Positions 1 to 17,570 of a stretch of 64,000 nucleotides of DNA are shown piece after piece (position 1 is the first letter of the stretch; each line of letters starts with the position of its first letter). The notes beneath the pieces were generated by a model. It saw nothing but the letters and a program-made list of their open reading frames with translations. It ran no database searches and had not been told where the DNA came from. Both the position numbers and the translations under genes were made by a program. The DNA is from Thermoanaerobaculia bacterium (lineage in GTDB: Bacteria > Acidobacteriota > Thermoanaerobaculia > Multivoradales > UBA5704): NCBI GenBank assembly GCA_044226625.1, contig JBGAGQ010000010.1, positions 1 through 64,000 on the forward strand, in the 5' to 3' direction.

Positions 1-183
1 ACGACGGACGTGACGGGGGTGGCGCAGCTTCCGGAAGGCACGGAGATGGTGATGCCGGGCGACAACGTGAACCTGGAGATCGAGCTGATCGCGCCGATCG
101 CGATGGAGAAGGGCGTACGCTTCGCGATCCGCGAGGGCGGTCGCACGGTCGGCGCCGGTACCGTCACGGAGATCCTGGCCTAA
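1..183 (+). CDS. tuf: Elongation factor Tu, C-terminal part (5'-truncated by window)
   Basis: Frame 1 reads [22 protein letters not shown]...[20 protein letters not shown], the canonical EF-Tu C-terminus; TAA at 181-183. Confidence 0.98.
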   Translation, partial: TTDVTGVAQLPEGTEMVMPGDNVNLEIELIAPIAMEKGVRFAIREGGRTVGAGTVTEILA

Positions 184-205
184 GGAAACGAAGAGTCAGG
201 GGTGC

Positions 206-282
206 AGGCCAGTAGCTCAAGCTGGTAGAGCACCGGTCTCCAAAACCGGGGGTTGGGGGTTCAAATCCCTCCTGGCCTGCCA
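206..282 (+). tRNA. trnW: tRNA-Trp (CCA)
   Basis: AGGCCAG...CTGGCCT acceptor stem, D-arm GCTCAAGCTGGTAGAGC, anticodon loop CTCCAAA, T-loop GTTCAAAT, encoded 3' CCA; usual position before secE. Confidence 0.97.
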
Positions 283-318
283 TTTTCCCCTTTGAACGGA
301 TGGAGTCGAGAAGCGCCA

Positions 319-603
319 ATGACGCCTGAGAAGATCGGATTGATCGTAACGCTCGTCCTGCTGGCCGGCCTCGCGGCCCTTGGCTGGTGGGTCTACAAGG
401 CGGGGCACTGGGCGAAATCGCTCGTGTTCCTGGGCGAAGTCCGCTCCGAGATGAAGAAGGTCACGTTCCCCCCTCGCGATGAGGTGGTGGCGACGACGAT
501 CGTCGTCATCGTGACGAGCGTGATCTTCGCCGTCTATCTGTGGGTGGCCGACTTCCTGATCTTGCGCGGCTACGAAGGGCTGTTCAAGGCGCTGGGCTCG
601 TGA
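319..603 (+). CDS. secE: Preprotein translocase subunit SecE (two predicted TM segments)
   Basis: FLGEVRSEMKKVTFPPRDEVVATTIVVIV motif; ATG at 319 preceded by GGAG; lies between trnW and nusG. Confidence 0.95.
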   Translation: MTPEKIGLIVTLVLLAGLAALGWWVYKAGHWAKSLVFLGEVRSEMKKVTFPPRDEVVATTIVVIVTSVIFAVYLWVADFLILRGYEGLFKALGS

Positions 604-611
604 CCGAAACC

Positions 612-1157
612 ATGACCGAATCGGCGGCCGAGATGAAGTGGTACATCGTCCACACCTACTCCGGGTTCGAGGAGCGGGTGAAGGAGACGCTGCGCCAGCG
701 CGCGGACGCCCTGGACATGGGTGGCTCCTTCGGGGACATCCGTATCCCGACCGAGACCGTGGTCGAGTACAAGAACGGCAAGAAGAAAGAGACGCAGCGT
801 AAGTTCTTTCCCGGCTACATCCTGGTCGAGATGGCGATGTCCGACGCCGCGTGGCACGTGGTGAAGAACACGCCGAAGGTGACCGGTTTCGTGGGCATGG
901 GCAAGAAGCCGACGCCGCTGTCGGAGGACGAGGTCAACCAGATCCTCGAGCAGGTGGTGACGGCCAAGGAAAAGCCCAAGCCGAAATATCTCTTCGAGAA
1001 GGGGGAGCAGGTTCGGATCACCGAAGGCCCCTTCAGCAACTTCACCGGTCTCGTGGACGAGGTGAACCTCGACCGCAACAGCTTGAAGGTGATGGTGACC
1101 ATCTTCGGGCGGCAGACGCCGGTCGAGCTGGACTTCTCGAAGGTGCAGAAAATCTAG
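612..1157 (+). CDS. nusG: Transcription termination/antitermination factor NusG
   Basis: [51 protein letters not shown]; start could also be GTG 600 or ATG 633. Confidence 0.97.
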   Translation: MTESAAEMKWYIVHTYSGFEERVKETLRQRADALDMGGSFGDIRIPTETVVEYKNGKKKETQRKFFPGYILVEMAMSDAAWHVVKNTPKVTGFVGMGKKPTPLSEDEVNQILEQVVTAKEKPKPKYLFEKGEQVRITEGPFSNFTGLVDEVNLDRNSLKVMVTIFGRQTPVELDFSKVQKI

Positions 1158-1234
1158 GACGAATCGCGGCGTCCGGGATCCTCGATCTCGGGTTCCTCGG
1201 TTCGGCATGCGACATTCGCGCGGAGCGTTGAGCG

Positions 1235-1660
1235 ATGGCTAAGAAAGTCACAGGGCTGGTCAAGTTGCAGATTCCGGCGGGTCAGGCCACGCCGGCGCCT
1301 CCCGTGGGTCCGGCGTTGGGCCAGGCGGGCGTCAACATCATGGATTTCGTCAAGAATTTCAACGCCCGCACGCAATCTCAGATCGGTCTGATCATCCCGG
1401 TGGTGGTCACCGTCTATTCGGATCGCAGCTACACCTTCATCACCAAGACGCCCCCCGCGGCGATCCTGCTCAAGAAGGCGGCCGGGATCGACAAGGGATC
1501 GGGCGAGCCGAATCGCAACAAGAAGGGGTCGGTGACGCGAGGCCAGGTCGAAGAGATCGCGAAGACCAAGATGCCCGACCTGAACGCGGCGAGCCTCGAG
1601 GCCGCGGTGCGGATCATCGAAGGTACCGCGCGCTCGATGGGCGTCGAGATCGTCGGCTAA
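1235..1660 (+). CDS. rplK: 50S ribosomal protein L11
   Basis: [29 protein letters not shown]. Confidence 0.99.
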   Translation: MAKKVTGLVKLQIPAGQATPAPPVGPALGQAGVNIMDFVKNFNARTQSQIGLIIPVVVTVYSDRSYTFITKTPPAAILLKKAAGIDKGSGEPNRNKKGSVTRGQVEEIAKTKMPDLNAASLEAAVRIIEGTARSMGVEIVG

Positions 1661-1684
1661 CGGGTCATACGGGGAGAATTCGTC

Positions 1685-2389
1685 GTGGCGAAGCACGGAA
1701 AGAAATTCAAACAGGCGTCGCAGAAGGTCGACCGTCAGTCGCACGGGCTGAACGAGGCGGTTCACATCGCCAAAGAGGTCGCCTTCGCCAAGTTCGACGA
1801 AACCCTCGAGATCGCGATGCGCCTTGGGGTCGACCCGAAGCATGCCGACCAGATGGTCCGCGGCACGGTCGTCCTGCCCCATGGCTTGGGCAAGACCTCC
1901 CGGGTGCTCGTGTTCGCCAGCGGCGAAAAGATCCGCGAGGCCGAGGCGGCCGGGGCGGACTACGTGGGCGGCGACGATTTGGCGAAGCGGATCGAAGGGG
2001 GCTGGCTCGATTTCGACGCGGTCGTCGCGACGCCGGACATGATGCGCGTCGTCGGCCGACTCGGTAAGGTGCTCGGCCCGCGCGGCCTGATGCCCAACCC
2101 GAAGGCGGGCACCGTCTCGCTCGACGTGGCCAAGGCGATCGAGGAGATCAAGGCCGGTAAGGTCGAGTTCCGCGTCGAGAAGACCGGAATCATCCACGCT
2201 CCCCTCGGCAAGATGTCGTTTTCCGAGGAGCAGTTGTCGGAGAACGCCCACGCCTTCATCGGCGCCGTGATCAAGGCGAAGCCCGCGGCCGCCAAGGGCA
2301 AGTACGTGAAGTCTGTGAGCCTTTCCTCGACCATGGGCCCCGGTATTCGCGTCGATGAATCTGGAATGACGGGCGCTGCGGAAGCCTAG
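1685..2389 (+). CDS. rplA: 50S ribosomal protein L1
   Basis: [47 protein letters not shown]; GTG start. Confidence 0.99.
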   Translation: MAKHGKKFKQASQKVDRQSHGLNEAVHIAKEVAFAKFDETLEIAMRLGVDPKHADQMVRGTVVLPHGLGKTSRVLVFASGEKIREAEAAGADYVGGDDLAKRIEGGWLDFDAVVATPDMMRVVGRLGKVLGPRGLMPNPKAGTVSLDVAKAIEEIKAGKVEFRVEKTGIIHAPLGKMSFSEEQLSENAHAFIGAVIKAKPAAAKGKYVKSVSLSSTMGPGIRVDESGMTGAAEA

Positions 2390-2400
2390 GAGAGAGAACG

Positions 2401-2931
2401 ATGCCGCTCACACGAACCGATAAAGAAGAGATGATCCAGGGCTACTCGGAAGGCCTGGCCGCCGCGCCGCACGCCTTCCTCCTGGGCTACAAGGGCATCA
2501 GCGTTCCGCAGGTCACCGATCTGCGTGAGAAGATCCGCAAGAGCGGCGGCCACTATCTGGTGGTCAAGAACACGCTCGCGTTGCGTGCCATCGAAGGGGG
2601 CGCGCTCGCCGGTCTCAAGGATCACTTCGTCGGCCCGACGGCGGTGGCCTACTGCCTGAACGACCCGGTCGCGCTGGCCAAGACGCTGACCGACTTCGCC
2701 AAGGGCGCTCCGGTCCTCGAGTTCAAGGCGGGACTGGTCGAGGGACAGCCCATCGCGGCGAACCAGATCAAGGACATCGCGGAGCTCCCCAGCCGGGAAG
2801 AGCTCCTCGCGAAGCTCCTCTACCTGCTGCAGTCGCCGATCACGCGCTTCGTGCGCACGCTCGCGGCCGTGCCGCGCAGCTTCGTCGTGGTGCTCGACCA
2901 GGTGGCCAAAAAGAAAGAGCAGGACGCCTGA
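2401..2931 (+). CDS. rplJ: 50S ribosomal protein L10
   Basis: VVKNTLALRA, FVGPTAVA, LPSREELLAKLL; synteny. Confidence 0.97.
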   Translation: MPLTRTDKEEMIQGYSEGLAAAPHAFLLGYKGISVPQVTDLREKIRKSGGHYLVVKNTLALRAIEGGALAGLKDHFVGPTAVAYCLNDPVALAKTLTDFAKGAPVLEFKAGLVEGQPIAANQIKDIAELPSREELLAKLLYLLQSPITRFVRTLAAVPRSFVVVLDQVAKKKEQDA

Positions 2932-3006
2932 GGCGGCCGCGAGGCCCCCGCGTCCGTATGAATCGATACGCTTTAAGAGACTGAAAAGTCCTGGAAGGAG
3001 AACAAG

Positions 3007-3387
3007 ATGGCCATTGCGACCGAAGATTTCATCAAGCAGATCGACGATCTGACCGTCCTCGAGCTGAACAACCTGGTCAAGGCTCTCGAAGATCATTACG
3101 GCGTGTCGGCGGCCGCCGCCGCGGCTCCCGCCGCGTCTGGGCCGGCGGCTGCTGCCGCGGCTCCCGTCGAGGAGCAGACCGAGTTCACCGCCGTGCTCAA
3201 GGAAGTCGGCGCGAACAAGATCAACGTCATCAAGGCCGTCCGCGAGGTCACGAGCCTCGGGCTCAAGGAGGCCAAGGATCTCGTCGAGGCCGCTCCCTCC
3301 ACGATCAAGGAAGGGGTCTCCAAGGAAGAGGCCGAAACGATTCGCAAGAAGTTCGAAGAGGCTGGGGCGAAGGTCGAGGTCAAGTAG
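3007..3387 (+). CDS. rplL: 50S ribosomal protein L7/L12
   Basis: [14 protein letters not shown], Ala-rich hinge, [10 protein letters not shown]...[11 protein letters not shown]. Confidence 0.99.
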   Translation: MAIATEDFIKQIDDLTVLELNNLVKALEDHYGVSAAAAAAPAASGPAAAAAAPVEEQTEFTAVLKEVGANKINVIKAVREVTSLGLKEAKDLVEAAPSTIKEGVSKEEAETIRKKFEEAGAKVEVK

Positions 3388-3759
3388 CTTGGCTCACGGA
3401 CGCGCGCCTCGAACACGGAGGCGCGCGCCGTCGCTCGAACTCGTGTTGCAACGGCAGCTTCTAGCGACCCGCCGGTGAGTCGAGCACCCGACGAAGCAAG
3501 GCTTCGGCGTTTGCTTCCTTACCGCGGGAGGGTTTACGAATCGATCTGGACAGACCTCCGTTGGAAACGAAACCCACCATGCCCGCCGACCCATCGAGGG
3601 AATCGATGGTCGGGGCATGGTGTCTTCTGTTTTCCGGGTTTCCGGATCGTCGACCCATTTTCTCCGAGGTGGCCTGCCCGTTGCAGCCGCAATTGATCGC
3701 TACCGCACCTGTCGCCGCGGACCAGCAGCTCGGACTACGGAGTTAGCAAGGACCCAGCC

Positions 3760-8052
<4,293 letters not shown>

Positions 8053-8069
8053 GGAAGGGAGGTCCAAGA

Positions 8070-12248
<4,179 letters not shown>

Positions 12249-12274
12249 GATTTCGGTTCTCTCCGAGAAACACG

Positions 12275-12303
12275 ACGGCCGGCCCGCGAGGGCCGGCCGT
12301 TTT
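12275..12303 (+). terminator. Intrinsic terminator of the rpoBC operon
   Basis: ACGGCCGGCCC-GCGA-GGGCCGGCCGT 11-bp stem followed by a short T run. Confidence 0.8.
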
Positions 12304-12323
12304 GCTTAGGATTCAGTCCTGCC

Positions 12324-12352
12324 TTGCGCCGTACGTACGGGTCTGGCACTAT
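12324..12352 (+). promoter_or_regulatory. Putative sigma70 promoter with operator palindrome for the TA module
   Basis: TTGCGC-N17-CACTAT with TG extended -10; perfect palindrome CCGTACGTACGG (12329-12340) in the spacer. Confidence 0.55.
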
Positions 12353-12380
12353 GTGCGTACCTTGAGGGGGACCGCGAGCG

Positions 12381-12608
12381 ATGATCAAAAAGCTAACGAC
12401 GAGTGGCAACAGCCTGGCGCTGGTTTTGGATCGCCCCCTCCTGGAAGCGGCTGGGGTCGATGCCTCGACTCCGCTTGAGATCTCGACCAGCGGCGACGTC
12501 ATTGTGATTTCACCCGTGCGTAGCGCCGAGCGCAATGTCAAGCTCAAGGCGGGGGTCGAGGCGATGCACCGTCGCTATGCGGGCGTCTTTGCTCGCCTGG
12601 CCGAATGA
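12381..12608 (+). CDS. AbrB/MazE-type antitoxin
   Basis: KKLTTSGNSLALVLDRPLLE swapped-hairpin signature; C-terminal RYAGVFARLAE; ATGA overlap with the toxin. Confidence 0.9.
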   Translation: MIKKLTTSGNSLALVLDRPLLEAAGVDASTPLEISTSGDVIVISPVRSAERNVKLKAGVEAMHRRYAGVFARLAE

Positions 12609-13015
12609 CGCCGGTTTTCCTGACCCTCGACGAAGTTCTGGCGCTGCACGCGGATCAGATCAGCCGGTATGGTGGGACCGTTGGGGTGCGCGACGTGGGG
12701 CTCCTCTCGTCGGCGCTCGGCGCTCCGGAGGCGACTTTCGATGGGGAGTACCTCCACCCGACCCTTTTCGAGATGGCCGCCGCTTATCTGTTCCACCTCG
12801 CCAAGAACCATCCCTTCTTAGATGGAAACAAACGGGTGGCTCTGGCAGCCGCTCTCGCTTTCCTCTGGCTCAACGGCTACGAGGTCGTAGCGGATCCCAC
12901 GCATTTGGGCGACCTGGTGCTGGCCGTAGCTACCGGGGACACAAGCAAGGCTGAGGCCGCGACCTTCTTCCGGCGGCACGCGACTGCGATCGATGTCGAA
13001 GCGGCGAGGCACTAG
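12605..13015 (+). CDS. doc: Fic/Doc-family (death-on-curing) toxin
   Basis: GVRDVGLLSSAL and NHPFLDGNKRVA (Doc-type GNKR motif). Confidence 0.93.
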   Translation: MTPVFLTLDEVLALHADQISRYGGTVGVRDVGLLSSALGAPEATFDGEYLHPTLFEMAAAYLFHLAKNHPFLDGNKRVALAAALAFLWLNGYEVVADPTHLGDLVLAVATGDTSKAEAATFFRRHATAIDVEAARH

Positions 13016-13245
13016 GCTCGCCAAGCAGGCTGAGCGAGGCGACGCCGCCGCGGAAACGGCACGACGTTTCCGACCCGAACGACCGGCGAGACCGGTGGCC
13101 CGAGGGCGTCGACCTCGGCGTCGGTCAGAAAGCGAATCCGCGGCACCCGATCCGGAATATGCGAGGTCCTCGGATCGCAGCCGCGCTCGATGAGCCCTGC
13201 GAGGATCCAACGGCAGAGAGTCTGGCGCGTAGCGTTCATCGTCAT
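13012..13245 (-). CDS. Small hypothetical protein (start uncertain)
   Basis: MTMNATRQTLCRWILAGLIERG...NVVPFPRRRR fills the gap between doc and the next gene; no family recognised. Confidence 0.35.
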   Translation of the reverse strand: MTMNATRQTLCRWILAGLIERGCDPRTSHIPDRVPRIRFLTDAEVDALGPPVSPVVRVGNVVPFPRRRRLAQPAWRA

Positions 13246-13308
13246 GGACCAGCGTAGCATGGAGGCCAGCGGGCCACGGTCCGGGACGCGATAGCATCCA
13301 CCGAGACG

Positions 13309-15099
13309 ATGAGCTCGATTCTTGCCCGTTTGCTCCGCGGCCTCGCGGCTCCGCGTTGGCCGTGGTTTGCCGCGCTGCTCTCGGCGCTGCTGATGCTCCC
13401 TTCGCTCGATGTGGGATTTCAGCTCGACGACTTTCCGCAGCGGTTGATCTGGTTGGGCCTTACCGAGATTCGGATCCATCCGCTCGACGCTTTTGCTTCC
13501 GTCGACGGATCGGCGGCCACGAACGCGACGTTTCGTGACCTCGGATTCACACCCTGGTGGGCGCCCGACGATTTGAAGTTCGCGTTCTGCCGGCCGCTTT
13601 CGGCGGCGACTCATCAACTGGACTTCCTGCTCTGGCCGGATCGACCAGCGGTCATGCATCTGCAGAGCCTCGCGTGGCTCGCCGCGATGGTGTTTGCCGG
13701 CGCGCTCGTCTATCGACGGATCTTCCGCGGCGATTCGGGATTTCCCGGCTGGGCGGCCGGTCTCGCTGTCCTACTCTTCGCGGTCGATAACTCGCACGCT
13801 CTTCCCGCCGCTTGGCTCGCGAACCGCAACGCGTTGCTCGGCGCGACGTTTGGGCTCTTCGCGCTGGTCGCCCACGATCGCTGGAGGCGCGACGGCTGGC
13901 GACCTGGCGCCTGGGTCGCGCCGGTCCTGCTGGCGCTGGGACTGCTTTCGGCGGAGATCGCTCTCGGCGCGGCGGCCTTCCTGCTCGCCTACGGACTCAC
14001 CCTCGAGGAGGGCCCACTCGCCCGCCGGGTAGCGTCGCTCGCGCCGATCCTCATCGGCTTCGGCACGTGGGCGATCTACTACAAGCTCGGCGGATTCGGA
14101 TCTCGAGGGTCCGGCCTCTACGTCGATCCGGGCACCGAGCCGCTGCGCTATCTGCGAGCGCTCTACGAACATCTCCCCGCCCTGTGGATCGGCACTTGGA
14201 CGCCGTTTCCAGCCGATCTTGTCACCGCGTTTTCTGGCCGCACGATCGCCTTTGCGGTGCTCGCGTCGGTCCTCGCGGTCGTCCTTGGGTTGCTCTTCAT
14301 TCCCTTGCTGCGCACGGATCGGGCCGCACGGTTCTTTGCTCTCGGCGCGCTGCTGTCGCTCGTCCCCTCGGCCGCAACGAACCCTTCGAACCGGCTTCTT
14401 CTCTTCACAAGCTTCGGGGCGCTCGGTCTCGTCGTAAGCCTCGCTGCGCGAAAAGCCGATTTGTACCGAGGGGGAGGTGGCCGCTGGGCGACGACGGCGC
14501 TTGCCGTTCTGCTGATCTTCCACCTGCCACTCGAAATCCTCGCCGCGCCGTTCTACGCAACCTCGCCGCGTCAGCTGGGCGATCCCGTCGTCGCCGCCGT
14601 GGCGAGCTTCCCGACGCCGTCGGAGGGAACGAGGCAAGACGTCTACGTTCTGAACCCGCCGGATTACCTGATGAACGTCTCCTACGTTCCGGCGATCCTC
14701 GCTTTCCGACACCGGCCGCTGCCGCATCGCGTTCGCGGTCTAGCCGCCGGGCCGGTCGCCCTCACGGTGGAACGTCCGAACGAACGAACGCTGATCCTCG
14801 CAGCGCGAGAAGGGTTCCTGAGCGGCCCGCTCGGCCGGCTGTTTCGGAGCGAATCGCGTTCGTTCCAACCTGGAGAGCGGGTCGAGATTCCAGGCGTGGC
14901 GGTCCAGGTGATCGATACGACCGCGGACGGTGCCCCGGCGCGCGTTGCGTTCAGGTTCGACCGGCCGCTCGAAGACCCGAGCCTTCGATTCGTCGTCTGG
15001 CGAGGCGAGGGTTTCGAAACCTTCCCGCCGCCCGCGATCGGAGAGAGGGTCGAGTTGCCCGCGCCGCGCGGTGCCTTCGAGAGATTGCTGCCGAAGTAG
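13309..15099 (+). CDS. Multi-pass membrane protein, GT-C/PMT-like hypothetical
   Basis: Many hydrophobic segments, acidic LDDF after TM1, RPLSAATH...HLQSLAW pattern, soluble C-terminal domain. Confidence 0.65.
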   Translation: MSSILARLLRGLAAPRWPWFAALLSALLMLPSLDVGFQLDDFPQRLIWLGLTEIRIHPLDAFASVDGSAATNATFRDLGFTPWWAPDDLKFAFCRPLSAATHQLDFLLWPDRPAVMHLQSLAWLAAMVFAGALVYRRIFRGDSGFPGWAAGLAVLLFAVDNSHALPAAWLANRNALLGATFGLFALVAHDRWRRDGWRPGAWVAPVLLALGLLSAEIALGAAAFLLAYGLTLEEGPLARRVASLAPILIGFGTWAIYYKLGGFGSRGSGLYVDPGTEPLRYLRALYEHLPALWIGTWTPFPADLVTAFSGRTIAFAVLASVLAVVLGLLFIPLLRTDRAARFFALGALLSLVPSAATNPSNRLLLFTSFGALGLVVSLAARKADLYRGGGGRWATTALAVLLIFHLPLEILAAPFYATSPRQLGDPVVAAVASFPTPSEGTRQDVYVLNPPDYLMNVSYVPAILAFRHRPLPHRVRGLAAGPVALTVERPNERTLILAAREGFLSGPLGRLFRSESRSFQPGERVEIPGVAVQVIDTTADGAPARVAFRFDRPLEDPSLRFVVWRGEGFETFPPPAIGERVELPAPRGAFERLLPK

Positions 15100-15107
15100 G
15101 AGGGGGT

Positions 15108-16520
15108 TCAGCCCAAGAAGTATTTCTTCGCCGCCCAACCCAAACCGAGCGCGGCGGCGGCGCCAAGGTAGGGAAGCGCCTTTCGGCCGTATGCCTTCGT
15201 ATGGTGCCACATGGCCTGGCGCCAGCCGCTGTTGACCCGCTTTCGAAAGGCATCGATCGTCTTCGGACTCGACAGGTCGGCCTTGTGAATCTCGTTGTGA
15301 AGGCTTCCGAGCTGCCCCTTGAGTGGACCCCGAGGCAATCCGTCGGCTAGCCTTTCGAGCTGCCCCTCGAACTCGGATCGAGCGACCTCGCTCCTCTGGG
15401 AGAGGGCGGTCTTGTGGTATTTCCGGACGGGCAGACGATGCTCCTGGCGAAGCACGTTCTCGTCTTCCGTGATGTTGCGGTGCTCTTCCGGGTTCGACCA
15501 GCGGACTTGCTCGGATTTGTCGGTGATCCGATCGCCTTGGAACCACCCTTGGCTCCGCGCTGTGCCCAGGAGATTCTGGCGGGCGTGTCCCAGCTCATGG
15601 CCCAGGGTAATGAAGTTCGGTGCGTGAATCGCCTCACCGTGGATTCCCGTCTGATGCTCTTCGATCGTTTGCGGTGGCGGTTCGGGATAGATCCTCACGA
15701 ACGAGCCGGTTCCGACGTCCGCCTTGCCCTTTTTGAGCGAGTGGAGGTCCGTATCGTGGAGCGCCGCCGCCTGCCCCAGAGCGAACGATTCGGGATCCTG
15801 CTTGAACCGGTTGCCGAAATCGTCCGAAATCTCGATCTGGCGCTCCTTGTCCTTCTGCGGTGCGTGCAGCTCTTCGATCAGGTCGCGGCCGTGCTTTCCC
15901 TGGAGCAGCTTGCCGAAACCCGAAAGCGTTTCGTAGTGGAACTGCTCTTTGTCGCTCGTGATCTGGATGTTGCTCTTCCCTGAGGCGATGCTGCGAAAGA
16001 GACCTCGGGCGCGCTTTCTTTCATGGCCCTTGACGCTCTTCGGCAACCAGAGGTCGTGACCGGCTTTGACGCTCTCGCGGGTCAGACCGACGTGGTGGGC
16101 TTCGGTTTCGCGCAGGAAATCGAAGAGCTGGAGGCGGTGCTCGTCCGAGACGCTGTGCGGGTTGTTTCTCAGGTGACCGTTGACCTCTCGCTCGAGATCG
16201 TGGAGTTCCTGGAATTGGTTGCCGAGGTGATCCTCGTGCTCGTTCTTCTCGACCTTGGCCGTTTCGCCTTCGTTGAACCGTTTGACGGATTGCGCCAGGC
16301 GAGAGCGTAGATCGTGGGGAAGCCCGGCGAGCTTCTTCGGGTCGAGCGCGCGTTGGATCGGAGGCGCCGCCGCGAGAGCCTCGAACCGATGTCCGAGCCG
16401 CGTCGCGGATTCGAGCGACGGCCCCGCGGACCGAGCCGGCGAGATCCCTCTGCGGGCCGTTCGTGGAGCAGCGGACTCGCTCGAAAAGGACAAGGGCCGC
16501 GCCAGGGCCGAGGCGTACAT
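15108..16520 (-). CDS. M91 (NleD-like) zinc metallopeptidase domain protein, possible effector
   Basis: FITLGHELGHA...EEHRNI...ENVLRQEHRLPVRKYH; ATG at 16520 directly after the upstream gene's stop; longer ORF-track start overlaps another gene. Confidence 0.72.
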   Translation of the reverse strand: MYASALARPLSFSSESAAPRTARRGISPARSAGPSLESATRLGHRFEALAAAPPIQRALDPKKLAGLPHDLRSRLAQSVKRFNEGETAKVEKNEHEDHLGNQFQELHDLEREVNGHLRNNPHSVSDEHRLQLFDFLRETEAHHVGLTRESVKAGHDLWLPKSVKGHERKRARGLFRSIASGKSNIQITSDKEQFHYETLSGFGKLLQGKHGRDLIEELHAPQKDKERQIEISDDFGNRFKQDPESFALGQAAALHDTDLHSLKKGKADVGTGSFVRIYPEPPPQTIEEHQTGIHGEAIHAPNFITLGHELGHARQNLLGTARSQGWFQGDRITDKSEQVRWSNPEEHRNITEDENVLRQEHRLPVRKYHKTALSQRSEVARSEFEGQLERLADGLPRGPLKGQLGSLHNEIHKADLSSPKTIDAFRKRVNSGWRQAMWHHTKAYGRKALPYLGAAAALGLGWAAKKYFLG

Positions 16521-16525
16521 GCCCC

Positions 16526-17557
16526 TCAGCTCCCCGCGGAGCTCGGCTTTCCGACCGCTTCCACGAGGGCGGACAGGGCTTCCTCCCGCGTCCTCTCGCC
16601 GCGCAGCCAGGGATCGCACGCCGCGGCGATCGGATCGCGCAGGCCTTCCCACTCGCGAGACCAAAGATGGTTGGCGTCGACATAGAGGACGTACCCGGGC
16701 TTGCCTGCCCTTTCGAGCTCCGCGCGCACGACCTCGCCGGCGACGTAGAACAGCACCGCGTGCGAAAGGGTGTCCGGGAGGCTCATCCTGCGGCGCGCGG
16801 CTTCGCGGGCGAGCGGGTTTCGCAGCGAGCCGCTCCAGGCGTGAGAGGTTTCGTGGAACAGAATCTCCAGTCCCGGGAAACCCACGAGCCCCGGGTCGTA
16901 GGCGGAAATCGAGACGCGGGTTGGAGGGACCGTCGTGTAGGCGCCCACGGCGCCCGCCTCCGGGAGGACTTCGACCGGGATCGGCGCCGTCCATGTCTCT
17001 TCGTAGAGCGACGCCAGCCGGTTCGCGATCGCCGGCCCGTACCGTGCGACGAGCGGCGCCATGTCGTTGATCCAAGTCTTCGCGGTCCGCTCGTGCTCGG
17101 GCCAGATCCGCGACCGGTAGATGGGAGCCGCCCGCTCCAGCGCTTCCAGGGAGTCGGCGTCGAGCCGGTCCCGGACGGCTGAAAGATTCGATTGCGGATC
17201 GACCTCGGCGAGGGCGTTCTTGATCTTCACCAGGTCCTCGTCGAACAGCAGATCTCGAGGCGCCATGGTTCGCGCATAGACGGCGAGCGCCGATTCCCAG
17301 GCGGCCCGCTCGTCGGCCGGCAGCGTCGAGGGATCGGGTCGGCGCACGAACTTGCCTTCGAGCGCCCCGGGCAGCCTGCGAGCCTCGCCGCGCAGGTGAT
17401 GGTGGAGGCTCACCCAGAAGCCGGTCCGAAATTCGAAGAGGGAAGCAGAGCTTTCGGCCGCGGGCCGGAGCTCCGCGCTCGTCGCGGCCGGCGGCGGACT
17501 CGAGGTGGTGCAGGCGGCCAAGGCCACCAGGAGGAGCAGGTGCCCGCTACGCATCAT
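16526..17557 (-). CDS. Lipoprotein with an HExxH motif (putative zinc metallopeptidase)
   Basis: Lipobox LLLVALAA-C; EILFHETSH. Confidence 0.7.
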   Translation of the reverse strand: MMRSGHLLLLVALAACTTSSPPPAATSAELRPAAESSASLFEFRTGFWVSLHHHLRGEARRLPGALEGKFVRRPDPSTLPADERAAWESALAVYARTMAPRDLLFDEDLVKIKNALAEVDPQSNLSAVRDRLDADSLEALERAAPIYRSRIWPEHERTAKTWINDMAPLVARYGPAIANRLASLYEETWTAPIPVEVLPEAGAVGAYTTVPPTRVSISAYDPGLVGFPGLEILFHETSHAWSGSLRNPLAREAARRRMSLPDTLSHAVLFYVAGEVVRAELERAGKPGYVLYVDANHLWSREWEGLRDPIAAACDPWLRGERTREEALSALVEAVGKPSSAGS

Positions 17558-17570
17558 GTCGGCTGTTCCC

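Noticed and set aside
206-282. tRNA-Trp as an island integration site
   Set aside because: No integrase and no duplicated tRNA 3' end seen in the window
16521-17075. N-terminal extensions from the ORF track (M91 protein here; likewise pilT2, MFS, TPR, M50, LytTR, sulfatase)
   Set aside because: They overlap neighbouring real genes; internal starts with RBS or stop/start coupling fit better
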